This document shows, one piece after another, positions 42,665-51,542 of a stretch of 64,000 nt of DNA (positions are counted from its first letter, which is position 1; every line of letters begins with the position of its first letter). The position numbers were made by a program, and so were the translations under genes. The notes beneath the pieces are model-generated. The model saw nothing but the letters and a program-made list of their open reading frames with translations. It had not been told where the DNA came from and searched no databases. The DNA is taken from positions 1 to 64,000 of IMG/VR virus record IMGVR_UViG_3300045526_000235; one strand, written 5' to 3'. Source of the DNA: a virus. Taxonomy: Duplodnaviria; Caudoviricetes.

Positions 42665-43030
42665 GTGAGCGCTCTTGAAGATCAGTTTCTAGGCCTATGG
42701 CAAGCTCACTATCCTGACCTGCCATTGATCAGAGAGTACAGCGATGTTGAAAGCTGGGAGGCTGATTTTCAAGAGCGTTATGCCAAAAGCAAACGTTCAA
42801 AGCGTTACAGAGCAGATTTTGCACATCTTCCTTCTCGCTCTCTCATTGAAATACAAGGTGGCACTTTTAATCGTGGCCGTCATGTTACTGGCAGCGGCTA
42901 CGAACGAGATGCCCGCAAATTCAACCTTGCCATGATGGCAGGATGGAAAGTGTTTCTTCTGACTAGCCAAACGGCCAAAGAAACCGCATGGCTCGAGAAG
43001 ATTGCTTCTGTTCTGCGGACAAGCGGTTGA
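42665..43030 (+). CDS. Vsr/DUF559-like endonuclease
   Basis: YRADFA...IEIQGG...GRH..G.GYERD..KFN.A...GWKV. Confidence 0.8.
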   Translation: MSALEDQFLGLWQAHYPDLPLIREYSDVESWEADFQERYAKSKRSKRYRADFAHLPSRSLIEIQGGTFNRGRHVTGSGYERDARKFNLAMMAGWKVFLLTSQTAKETAWLEKIASVLRTSG

Positions 43031-43340
43031 TTGCATCGCCTGCTTCGCCAAGCAACGCTTCGGCTGCATCAAGATCATGCTGTTGCATTTGCATGGCTTG
43101 ACGTAGTTCAAGATTTTCTTTCATCAATGCAGTGAAGGCTTCCTGCATATTGCTCCAACCTTCTAGCAAATTGCTAGCTACTTCCCTCAGTTTCCCCACA
43201 TCATTGCATTCAGCAAGTGCTCGTTTGTTGGCGGTTAGGGCAAAATCCCGTTCCATGCTGCGTTCAAAAGGCCCCATCACTGCAATGCGTTTTTGTCCGT
43301 TGTAGTTTAATCCTACTGGAATGGAAAACATCATCGTCAT
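42963..43340 (-). CDS. coiled-coil hypothetical protein
   Basis: 125 aa, divergent from the next operon. Confidence 0.6.
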   Translation of the reverse strand: MTMMFSIPVGLNYNGQKRIAVMGPFERSMERDFALTANKRALAECNDVGKLREVASNLLEGWSNMQEAFTALMKENLELRQAMQMQQHDLDAAEALLGEAGDAINRLSAEQKQSSRAMRFLWPFG

Positions 43341-43370
43341 TGTTCTTCCATTGTTTGCTTTAGCCTAGCC

Positions 43371-43691
43371 ATGAAGCGAAACGGCAAGCAGTTTGTTTAC
43401 AGGGTGGACGATGGGAAGAATGCCGTAAAATTCCAGGCGGGCTACCGTCCCTACCATCTTCCCCGTACTCCACGTCGTCATGAATGGGCCGTTGGACAGC
43501 AAGTGGTATACGTGCAATGCACTGCAGCAGGATGGATGCCATCTTCCATTGTTGGCACCATTGTTGGGTTTGATGAAAGTGGAAGATCCCGTAAAGCACA
43601 AGTACGCTGGCATTCAGCTACGGACATTGCTCCTACAATCAGTTTGCAACGACTTCGACCTTTCTCTTTGATTTATGACGCCCGTTTCTGA
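43371..43691 (+). CDS. hypothetical protein
   Basis: 106 aa, SH3-like pattern, overlaps the thyX start. Confidence 0.5.
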   Translation: MKRNGKQFVYRVDDGKNAVKFQAGYRPYHLPRTPRRHEWAVGQQVVYVQCTAAGWMPSSIVGTIVGFDESGRSRKAQVRWHSATDIAPTISLQRLRPFSLIYDARF

Positions 43692-44391
43692 ACGCATTGA
43701 TCCGCTGATGGATGGCATCAGCATGGTGCGTCTAATTGATTGGATGGGAACAAGCCTGGATATTGTTTGTGATGCTCGACAAAGCTTTGATCAAACCAGC
43801 CAAGACTGGTCGGAAAAGGATCAAAAGCTTCTCAACTATCTTGTCAAGCATCAACACACTAGTCCCTTTCGCGGGGTGGTTACGAAATGGCAAATCAAAG
43901 CTCCGCTGTACGTTGCTCGTCAATGGTGGAAGCATGTGATTGGCGGCACCTATGCCAACGATCAGCTTGGATGGAACGAGAAAAGCTTTCGCTATTGCGA
44001 AGCAGATAGTGAACAGTTCTACATGCCTCGCCAGTTCCGCCGTCAAAGCGCAAGCAACAAGCAAGCCTCTGATGGCCCCCTGGACGCGACCATGAACCAC
44101 GTGGCCGCCATTGAATACGCCAAGGCCCTGCAGCAGGCTAAACAGGCCTACAGCGCCCTTCTGACGCTAGGCGTGAGCAAAGAGCAAGCACGAGGTATTC
44201 TGCCCACTAGCCACTACACCAGCTTTACTTGGACTTGCAGCCTTCAGGCCCTCCTCCATTTCATTGGCCTTCGCGACAAGGGCGATGCACAAGGTGAAAT
44301 TCAGGCCTATGCTCAGGCATTATCCCTGCTTGCTCGCCCCTTGTTTAAGGAAGCGTTTGAAGCTTTTGATCTGCATCAATCTACATTCTGA
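43675..44391 (+). CDS. thyX: FAD-dependent thymidylate synthase
   Basis: HTSPF, APLYVARQWWKH, WNEKSFRY, KEQARGILP and LRD..DAQGEI motifs. Confidence 0.92.
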   Translation: MTPVSERIDPLMDGISMVRLIDWMGTSLDIVCDARQSFDQTSQDWSEKDQKLLNYLVKHQHTSPFRGVVTKWQIKAPLYVARQWWKHVIGGTYANDQLGWNEKSFRYCEADSEQFYMPRQFRRQSASNKQASDGPLDATMNHVAAIEYAKALQQAKQAYSALLTLGVSKEQARGILPTSHYTSFTWTCSLQALLHFIGLRDKGDAQGEIQAYAQALSLLARPLFKEAFEAFDLHQSTF

Positions 44392-44393
44392 CC

Positions 44394-44768
44394 ATGACCA
44401 TTGAACATCCTCCTATGCGCTTTGATCCCGTGGAAAATCCTGCTCACTACAACAAGAATGGTGGCATTGAAGCTATTGAAAGCATTGAAGCGTCAATGAC
44501 ACAAGAGGCCTTTAAAGGCTTTCTGAAGGGCAATGTATTGAAATACGTTTGGCGTTACGAAGCCAAGAATGGCTTGCAAGATTTACAAAAAGCAAAGTGG
44601 TATCTTGATCGTCTCGTGTTTATGCTTGAACTAGAAAGCGAAAAAGAAGCCCTTGATGCCATTGAACAGTCTTCCATGGAATGTAAAGATGGTTTCTGTC
44701 CAATGCCTGGCGTGCGATATGACAAACCTCCTGAAAGTGGCGTGGTGTTTCCTCCAATTAAGGACTAA
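44394..44768 (+). CDS. DUF3310 protein (T7 gp1.7-like nucleotide kinase family)
   Basis: DPVENPAHY...GIEAIE...GNVLKYVWRY..KNG.QDL.KAKWYL. Confidence 0.85.
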   Translation: MTIEHPPMRFDPVENPAHYNKNGGIEAIESIEASMTQEAFKGFLKGNVLKYVWRYEAKNGLQDLQKAKWYLDRLVFMLELESEKEALDAIEQSSMECKDGFCPMPGVRYDKPPESGVVFPPIKD

Positions 44769-45247
44769 GCGGCATTACAACAAAGGCCCCAAAAGGGGCC
44801 TTTTTCATGCTCAATCGTTTCATGAAACGGCAGGGCAATACCACGACGCTCGCACCAATCCTCCAGGTCTTTTTGATTCGTATGGGCGCTAACAAAACTA
44901 TGACAATACACCCACGACATTAAAGCTTCTTCTCGCTTTTCAGTCCAGAATTGCTGCGGACGCCACCATTCAAGAATGGGCAAATTGCCCTTATCTAAAT
45001 TACACTTTTGGCACGCTGGCACCATATTGTATTTGGCAAAATGGGGACCGCCTTTACTTTTAGGAACAATGTGATCAATGGTCATCTTTTCTCCCCATCG
45101 TCCGCAATAAGCGCATGCACACTGCCCTAACGGACCACGCAGGAAATAGTCTTCAAAGATGCTTTTTCTAAATCGACGCTTTGCGTCTCCAGGGCGAAGT
45201 TCAATGAGGGAATGCAATAGCTCATCGGGACCATTCGCTCTCAGCAT
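44765..45247 (-). CDS. HNH endonuclease
   Basis: CAYCG...TIDHIVPKSKGG...NMVPACQKCNLDKG. Confidence 0.9.
   Translation of the reverse strand: MLRANGPDELLHSLIELRPGDAKRRFRKSIFEDYFLRGPLGQCACAYCGRWGEKMTIDHIVPKSKGGPHFAKYNMVPACQKCNLDKGNLPILEWWRPQQFWTEKREEALMSWVYCHSFVSAHTNQKDLEDWCERRGIALPFHETIEHEKGPFWGLCCNAA
44782..44805. terminator. bidirectional intrinsic terminator
   Basis: aaaGGCCCC-aaaa-GGGGCCttttt between convergent genes. Confidence 0.65.
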
Positions 45248-45333
45248 GGCGCTATTTAATTGTCTTGCCCACAATCTAACAACCAAATACTGACTATCGA
45301 AACAAGCTACAATTTTTATATTGTGCAACGGCC

Positions 45334-45543
45334 ATGAAGAGTTTTCAAGACGGATTGATGAACTTTGTGGCCACTGTAACGGCCGGAATGCTGCTTTCTA
45401 CTGGCGCAATGTTGATTACTGTCGGCAATCAACAGGCTAAAGTGGCAGTGCAAATTGAAAGCATCACCGAAAAACTTACTACGCTCACAAACAATATGAG
45501 CGGGCTGGAAAACAGGGTGCGTTCTTTAGAAACAGAACGCTAG
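45334..45543 (+). CDS. single-TM coiled-coil protein (lysis module)
   Basis: N-terminal hydrophobic helix plus coiled coil, upstream of the endolysin. Confidence 0.55.
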   Translation: MKSFQDGLMNFVATVTAGMLLSTGAMLITVGNQQAKVAVQIESITEKLTTLTNNMSGLENRVRSLETER

Positions 45544-45569
45544 GCTATTTATATCTCGCTTGTATCATC

Positions 45570-45713
45570 ATGACTGGCGCTGAATGGTTTATTGTCGGCG
45601 GTATCGTCGTTGTTGCTCTTGATCAAATTCTTGATCATTCTCCTTTGAAATCTAATAATGTGCTCCAACTTGCCATGGAAGGACTTAAGGCAATCTTCCG
45701 CGTTGGCAAATGA
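45570..45713 (+). CDS. small holin-like membrane protein (47 aa)
   Basis: Hand translation MTGAEWFIVGGIVVVALDQILDHSPLKSNNVLQLAMEGLKAIF; directly before the endolysin. Confidence 0.5.
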   Translation: MTGAEWFIVGGIVVVALDQILDHSPLKSNNVLQLAMEGLKAIFRVGK

Positions 45714-45716
45714 GCC

Positions 45717-46664
45717 ATGAAATGGCCTTCAGACCAGGCATTCTGGGATGAATGCTTTGCCATTGCCAAGCGACTGGGAGCTCGCTATCCAGAGCTCGCA
45801 GCCGCTCAATGCAGCTTAGAAAGCGGCTTTGGCAAACACACGTCTGGCAAAGAAAACTACCTAGGCCTCAAAGGCCCTGGCACTGCTACTACCACGCAAG
45901 AATGGTATGACGGTCAATGGGTGACTATTAAGGCGGGCTTTATTGATTTTCCAAGTCTTGCAGCTTGCCTTGATTATTTAATCACGCGATGGTACAAAGA
46001 CTATCGTCATTTCAAAGGCATTAATAATGCCGCAAATAGATATGCAGCCGCTCGTGCCTTAAAGGATCAAGGCTACGCCACCGATCCAGACTATCCGGCA
46101 AAGCTATCGCGGCTGATGAAACAATACGCTCCTGAATCCACTTCTTCCATCATGATTGGTCCTAAGAAAAGCCCTCAAGATTTTGGCTTTAAAACTGGCG
46201 ATTCCCATCTCATCGTTAACGATGCATTGGAAACAATGAAAGCCTTTTCCTTTGGTGGAAAACTTTTATGGGAAATTCCTTGTCTTGCTCGCGGACAATA
46301 CAGTGATTTTGAATGGCGCGTCACTAATTCCGACACTCCTCCGGGCCTTTACAAAATTGGAACAGTTTATAAAGACTATGAAAACGTGGGAGCAAATCCT
46401 TCTTATGATCGCACCCTTATGGCTTATGGGTGGTATAGCTTCGACTTGGTGGAACTGGAAAATCAAGAAGCGGGCGTTGGACGAGCCGGAATCATGATTC
46501 ATGGCGGTGGTAGCGCAAATGGTTGGCCAGGCGCATGGGCCATGAAACAGCCTTTAGTCCCTACGCATGGCTGCATTCGCTGCTATAACATTGACCTTCG
46601 CGACAAGATTTTGCCGCTGACTAAAACTGGTACTGTCTTTGTAAGCGTGTACCAGGAGGGCTGA
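45717..46664 (+). CDS. endolysin: GH73 glucosaminidase + L,D-transpeptidase(YkuD)-like domain
   Basis: AQCSLESGFG, NYLGLKG and GYATDPDY motifs; C-terminal IMIHGGG...THGCIR. Confidence 0.85.
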   Translation: MKWPSDQAFWDECFAIAKRLGARYPELAAAQCSLESGFGKHTSGKENYLGLKGPGTATTTQEWYDGQWVTIKAGFIDFPSLAACLDYLITRWYKDYRHFKGINNAANRYAAARALKDQGYATDPDYPAKLSRLMKQYAPESTSSIMIGPKKSPQDFGFKTGDSHLIVNDALETMKAFSFGGKLLWEIPCLARGQYSDFEWRVTNSDTPPGLYKIGTVYKDYENVGANPSYDRTLMAYGWYSFDLVELENQEAGVGRAGIMIHGGGSANGWPGAWAMKQPLVPTHGCIRCYNIDLRDKILPLTKTGTVFVSVYQEG

Positions 46665-46671
46665 TTAACTA

Positions 46672-47958
46672 TTAAGCAAACGAGCCAGTGGTGCCTGCAA
46701 CTTGACGGACGGTGTAGTACGAACCGGCTTGGGGTGTCACCGTGCCGCCAGCGCAGGTGATTTGCAGCTTGAAGGTGGTAGCCAAGTTAGTGACCACCTG
46801 CACATTAAATCGATAGACCATAACAGCATTATTCGAGATTGCTCCAGTAGCGTTGAATGCTATTGCTACGACGTTCCTGGTGCCGGCGTATCCTGTTGTC
46901 ACTGCTCCTGGTCCGATGCCTGTGACTGGCCCAGCCGTGTAATGACCGCTCAATAAGGATGGGGCACTGCTAGTTGTTAGCTGCCAAGTCACTGTACTTG
47001 AAGTATTCTTTACTAGATGAGCAAGTATTTCAATGTCATAGACGCTACTTGCAGCAAGATTGATAGCACTTGTAGCACCAAAAAAGTCACCAATCGTAGC
47101 GCCAACGTTTGCGCCGTTAGAGGTGAGTCTGAATGTTTGACGAGACGAAATTTGACCTCGCCCGCTGGTTGTTGTTGGCGTGCTGTAGAAGTGTGTGCCA
47201 TCGTACTCAACTGCACCAGCCACTGGAGTGGTGAGATTAGTTCCAGCTTCAAAATCCAATGGCGCAGCAGTTGTCGTTCCCGCTCTTAGTCGAACTGTTT
47301 TACCAAAAGTGGCATCGTTGGTGCCAATGGTTAGTGAATCAGTGGCTTCAGAATTACGAGAGAAACGAATGTCATGGTTAGTTGTTGTACCAATCCCCAA
47401 AGGACCGCTTGTCGCTGTTACATATACACTATTTGGCTGGTTAAATACACCAGTTCCTGAATAAGTGGAGCTATTAATACCAAAATTACCGTAGTTAGTG
47501 CTATCAGTGGATACATCGTTACAAACAACAAAGTCGCAGGAAGCATTGCTATTGTTGCTTGTATTTTGTACCAGCACTTGGAAATATTGCGTTTCCGCTG
47601 ATTCAAAGACTGCACCGATGCGGGCGCCAGTAAAACTTAAAGCGCCAACGCTTACAACGCCTTTGTCTGTAGCACCAGCAGCCACTGCATTAGTTGCATC
47701 AAGTGCTCCAGCAGTTAAAACATCAGTGGTGGAATTAAAGCTTAAATTAACATCGGCCCCAAAAACGCCACTATTATTAAACTGCACTTGTCCATTGGAA
47801 CCGGCAGGAGGATTTCCAGCTCCAATTTCAATCATGTTGCCAGCAGCATTTTTAATATATAGCTTGCTGTTGGTTGAGTCCCACGCAGGTTCGCCTTCAA
47901 CAAATGAACCAGGGCTAGGAACAGTTGATCCCCTGCGAAGGCGAATTGTATTAGCCAT
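46672..47958 (-). CDS. tail fibre protein (Mtd-N-like N-terminus)
   Basis: MANTIRLRRG...GEPAWDSTNSKLYI; QVQFNNSGVFG; AGAVEYDG. Confidence 0.8.
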   Translation of the reverse strand: MANTIRLRRGSTVPSPGSFVEGEPAWDSTNSKLYIKNAAGNMIEIGAGNPPAGSNGQVQFNNSGVFGADVNLSFNSTTDVLTAGALDATNAVAAGATDKGVVSVGALSFTGARIGAVFESAETQYFQVLVQNTSNNSNASCDFVVCNDVSTDSTNYGNFGINSSTYSGTGVFNQPNSVYVTATSGPLGIGTTTNHDIRFSRNSEATDSLTIGTNDATFGKTVRLRAGTTTAAPLDFEAGTNLTTPVAGAVEYDGTHFYSTPTTTSGRGQISSRQTFRLTSNGANVGATIGDFFGATSAINLAASSVYDIEILAHLVKNTSSTVTWQLTTSSAPSLLSGHYTAGPVTGIGPGAVTTGYAGTRNVVAIAFNATGAISNNAVMVYRFNVQVVTNLATTFKLQITCAGGTVTPQAGSYYTVRQVAGTTGSFA

Positions 47959-47960
47959 TT

Positions 47961-49649
47961 CTAGAACGTTCCACCATCAATTGTCGAACCATCCGAAAGG
48001 AGAGTTCCGCTTGTCGGTAGTGTAACACTCGTTGTGGCAGTAACAGTAAGCGTGGTGCCAAATGCTCCGGAAAGAGTGAAGGCGCCAGCAGTAGAAATAT
48101 TGCCACCAAGCGTGATTGTATTGCTATTAGAAACGCCAGTACCACCATTGGCAGCAGACAACGTGCCAGCAAGAGTGACAGTGCCGTTTGTCGCAGTGGA
48201 AGGAGTGAGGCCAGTGGTGCCAGCAGAGAACGTTGTTACACCACCACCAGCAGACGAGAATTGCGTGAATGTGATTGCATCGCCATTGAACGCAGAATAT
48301 CCAGCCGCATTAATGCCCATGCGAATGGGGGCAGCAGCAGTTTGCACATAGGCAGCCCCACCATTTGCCGTACCCGCTGCGATAAAGATATAGTCACCTT
48401 GAGCAATTTCGCCAGTAGGACTGTTGTCAAAATCGCTCGTGCGCGTCCACACACCATTGGCACCAGTGCCGACAGTGGTAACCGTATAGACACCGTTGTA
48501 ACCATTGGTAGCGTGATCCTTGACAAGAATACGCTCGCCCCCCGTAAACGTTGAAGAACCATCCAGCGTATTGGGAGTGCCAGTAAGTGTGGCACCAGCA
48601 CCGGGATTGCCAGTAACGCTAATGCTTAAACCAGTGCCGTTAGTAAGCGTTGCATTTGCACCGCCAAAATTAGCCGACACCTTCACTTGGTTAGTGGCAG
48701 GAATCGACGTGACGTAATACGTTGTATTGGCGTTGAGACCAGTGCCAGTAGTGGTATTGCCAGTTCTAATTTGAGAATTAACATCTAAACCATGGCTGGC
48801 GCTAAAAGTGATCGTATCAGTGCCAGTGATGTCAGTAATTGTTAAAACACTGCCACCAGAAACATACGTGTAGGATACGCCGCTAGCAGTGGCGTATTGA
48901 ACTGCACCGTGAATATTTATGCTTTGAGCAATGGAATCAGCATACTGTTTGTTAACAGCATCACTAGGAAGAGCCGGAGCCGCAAGATTAGTAATCCTTT
49001 GACTATTTAAACTAACACTACCGGACGGCGCTGCTAACTGATCTAAACGGTTAAGTCTAACTTGCGTGTCAAAATTACTAATTTTTGCTGCACTTAACAA
49101 TGGAATGTCGGCTGCAACTAAACTGCGAAATGTAGGGGTGCCAGTAGAACCGTCTGGCGCTGCAAATACAGTGTTGGTAGTTTGATTAGCTAACGCGCCA
49201 GTGAGAGTGCCACTACCAGTAACAGGCGACCCTGTAACGTTAATAATAGAAGGAAGGCTCAGCGCGACAGAAGTGACCGTGCCCGTACCATAGCCTTGTC
49301 CTTTAACAAATGCAGTGGTAGCAAGTTTTGTCGATGAGTCAGAAAGAGTGGCAGTGGCGCCAGTAGTATTTGCACCAAAACTAACAGTGCCAGTAAAGTC
49401 TTTATTGCCAGAAATGGGCAGCGACAATGCAGTGGTTTGGTTGCCAGTAAGATTGACAAAAGCACCAGCACCGCCAATTGCAATTACGCTAGTCGCACTC
49501 CCGCCAACACCACCAGTTCCGTAGCCATAGTAGAGAATACCATTTCCACTATCGCTTTCGTTATACGCTAATTCCGCATTTGCCAGACTAGATGGAGCAC
49601 CTGCGCTACCACCAGAAGCACGACGCTTAATCCGTACAGTGTTAGGCAT
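47961..49649 (-). CDS. tail fibre protein
   Basis: MPNTVRIKRR...AELAYNE; KLATTAFV; DAVNKQYAD; ERILVKD...NGVY.V...WTR; ends in IDGGTF. Confidence 0.8.
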   Translation of the reverse strand: MPNTVRIKRRASGGSAGAPSSLANAELAYNESDSGNGILYYGYGTGGVGGSATSVIAIGGAGAFVNLTGNQTTALSLPISGNKDFTGTVSFGANTTGATATLSDSSTKLATTAFVKGQGYGTGTVTSVALSLPSIINVTGSPVTGSGTLTGALANQTTNTVFAAPDGSTGTPTFRSLVAADIPLLSAAKISNFDTQVRLNRLDQLAAPSGSVSLNSQRITNLAAPALPSDAVNKQYADSIAQSINIHGAVQYATASGVSYTYVSGGSVLTITDITGTDTITFSASHGLDVNSQIRTGNTTTGTGLNANTTYYVTSIPATNQVKVSANFGGANATLTNGTGLSISVTGNPGAGATLTGTPNTLDGSSTFTGGERILVKDHATNGYNGVYTVTTVGTGANGVWTRTSDFDNSPTGEIAQGDYIFIAAGTANGGAAYVQTAAAPIRMGINAAGYSAFNGDAITFTQFSSAGGGVTTFSAGTTGLTPSTATNGTVTLAGTLSAANGGTGVSNSNTITLGGNISTAGAFTLSGAFGTTLTVTATTSVTLPTSGTLLSDGSTIDGGTF

Positions 49650-49651
49650 TT

Positions 49652-49927
49652 CTAAAAATTACCCCCATCGGTGAGTGTGTTGGTCGTCCAATTAGCGTCT
49701 GCTTTGAACTGCGAACTGTTAGCGTCGTAATATACAACACTTCCATTTACTTTAGCACTTTCATTAACAATTAATCCCGCTTGCCCTGTCGGTCCAATAG
49801 CTCCTTGAGGGCCGCTTGCGGACAAAACAATGGAAGGACGAGCTGGAATAGTAATAACCGTCTCGTTTTTTTCTCCCTCTATAACAGAGACAATCATTGT
49901 CTCTTCGCTAATAGCTACTTCAGCCAT
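49652..49927 (-). CDS. short fibre linker with collagen-like GPQG
   Basis: GPQGAIGPTG; ends in TDGGNF. Confidence 0.65.
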   Translation of the reverse strand: MAEVAISEETMIVSVIEGEKNETVITIPARPSIVLSASGPQGAIGPTGQAGLIVNESAKVNGSVVYYDANSSQFKADANWTTNTLTDGGNF

Positions 49928-49929
49928 GG

Positions 49930-50268
49930 TCAGCGTCCAGTAAGGCCAGGATCAAACAATGCCGTTCCTTGAAGGAAATAGTATTTATCCCCATTAGGCT
50001 CGGTGATCATCACATCATATTGGCCTTGTTCAGTGATGCCGCTTGTCACAGTCGCTGGTAAACGCAATTTAAACATGCCGCTAGCTTGTGTAGTCCACTG
50101 ATGCGTAAAATCAGCAAGCTTTGCTGTGCCAAGCTTATTCCATAACTGCCCTGCTACCGTATACCCGCTCATATTCACAGGCGTACCATTGCCATCTTTA
50201 TATTGCAAATTAAGCTCAAAAGTGGCGCCTTGATGAATGGTAATATTATAAACTGCAGGGTCAATCAT
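49930..50268 (-). CDS. fibre attachment / adaptor protein (BppU-N/LtfC-like)
   Basis: YNITIHQGATF...PVNMSGYTV...GQYDVMITEPNG...LQG; SD AGGAG 7 nt before ATG 50268. Confidence 0.7.
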   Translation of the reverse strand: MIDPAVYNITIHQGATFELNLQYKDGNGTPVNMSGYTVAGQLWNKLGTAKLADFTHQWTTQASGMFKLRLPATVTSGITEQGQYDVMITEPNGDKYYFLQGTALFDPGLTGR

Positions 50269-50291
50269 AGCCATTCTCCTTAGCTCCCATC

Positions 50292-51512
50292 CTAATATAA
50301 TTCTCTCCAACCAATGAGACCAGTGGCTTTCATAGCTGTGTCACATTGAATGGTAAGAGCGAGCACGTCACTATTTCCAGCATTGTCTTTGCCAAGCGTA
50401 AGTGCTAATGCACTTTTAGGATCAAACTGCACTGAATTACGTCCGCTAATTAAACCAGCAGCAAGAACAGTGCCCCCAGAAAACGTTCCAGTGGTCATCA
50501 CTTGCACATTGCCACGTCCATTTGCTGCGCTATTCCATACGCCAGAAACAGTGGGATTTAAATAAAGTCGCCATTGAGCTAATGCATTGCCATCAGTGCA
50601 AGCATCAATTTGAGATGGAAGAATAATGTTATCAGTACGCCCAGACGCCATGCGAATGGCAGCAAATAATGTTTCCGATGTAGTGGAAAGAGTGCCTCCA
50701 ATGCCAGCGCCGCCAGTGTAAATTGGCCCGCTAGGCTCATACCCTCCTTCACTAACAACGCTGCAGCAAATCTGTTTAAGCGATGCAGAAGAAGCAATGG
50801 CAGTAGTATTTTGCAAGCGGTACGACACAGGCAGGGTAGCCGTGGTCATATAAACGCCATCAATACTATTGGCATGATTAAATTCATGACAGTATTTAAT
50901 TTCGCCATCAACAACAAAACCACACCTCACGCGGCCAACGCCAAGCCATTCCAGGTCAGCAACAAAAATTTGAGCCTTGCTAAAAATAAGTTCGGGAAAC
51001 GTATTAATATTCCAGCTTGACTGGTTAACTACATTCTCGACTACGCTTCCAGAAGTTTTGCTTCTAATAACGAATTGAAAAGACAAGCCACTGGCCCTCA
51101 GCATCACTCCGTTGTCATTATCAAAAAGCCCCACTTCTTGAATCAATCCAGGAGTGGGAACACTGCCGCAAAAGCTTTGCAACACTAACAGACTTTTGCC
51201 TGGCTGATAGGGCATATTGCGCTTTGATCGACGCACCACGCTATCGCCAGAAGCAGTAGTAGTTGTAAGGGCAATGGAGCTTTCGTTGACTAAATAGTTA
51301 GTATTGCCTGCTCCAACAGTTGCTTCATACCATTGATCAGTTCGTTTTGTATAACGAAGAGTGCTATCAAAAATGGTAAATGGCTCGCTAAATCGTTGCC
51401 GCCCAAAAGCATCCACTTCTCCGCTATCGGGACCACGCTGTAAAATTTTGCCGCGATAATCAGCCTCAATGTGAGTTTCAAACTGCTCACCACCAGCAAT
51501 GATTTGTCCCAT
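50292..51512 (-). CDS. virion structural protein (lectin-like beta domain)
   Basis: DAFGRQRFSEP.TIFDS, YQPGKS, DLEWLGVGRVR and LPVSY motif family. Confidence 0.7.
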   Translation of the reverse strand: MGQIIAGGEQFETHIEADYRGKILQRGPDSGEVDAFGRQRFSEPFTIFDSTLRYTKRTDQWYEATVGAGNTNYLVNESSIALTTTTASGDSVVRRSKRNMPYQPGKSLLVLQSFCGSVPTPGLIQEVGLFDNDNGVMLRASGLSFQFVIRSKTSGSVVENVVNQSSWNINTFPELIFSKAQIFVADLEWLGVGRVRCGFVVDGEIKYCHEFNHANSIDGVYMTTATLPVSYRLQNTTAIASSASLKQICCSVVSEGGYEPSGPIYTGGAGIGGTLSTTSETLFAAIRMASGRTDNIILPSQIDACTDGNALAQWRLYLNPTVSGVWNSAANGRGNVQVMTTGTFSGGTVLAAGLISGRNSVQFDPKSALALTLGKDNAGNSDVLALTIQCDTAMKATGLIGWRELY

Positions 51513-51542
51513 GGCCTTCTCTTTTTAAGCCATGCTAATAGA

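Noticed and set aside
42077-44768. Hypermodified-base pathway (dcd + thyX + DUF3310)
   Set aside because: These are ordinary dTTP-supply genes; no purZ, dUMP hydroxymethylase, 7-deazaguanine genes or DNA polymerase are present to support base substitution
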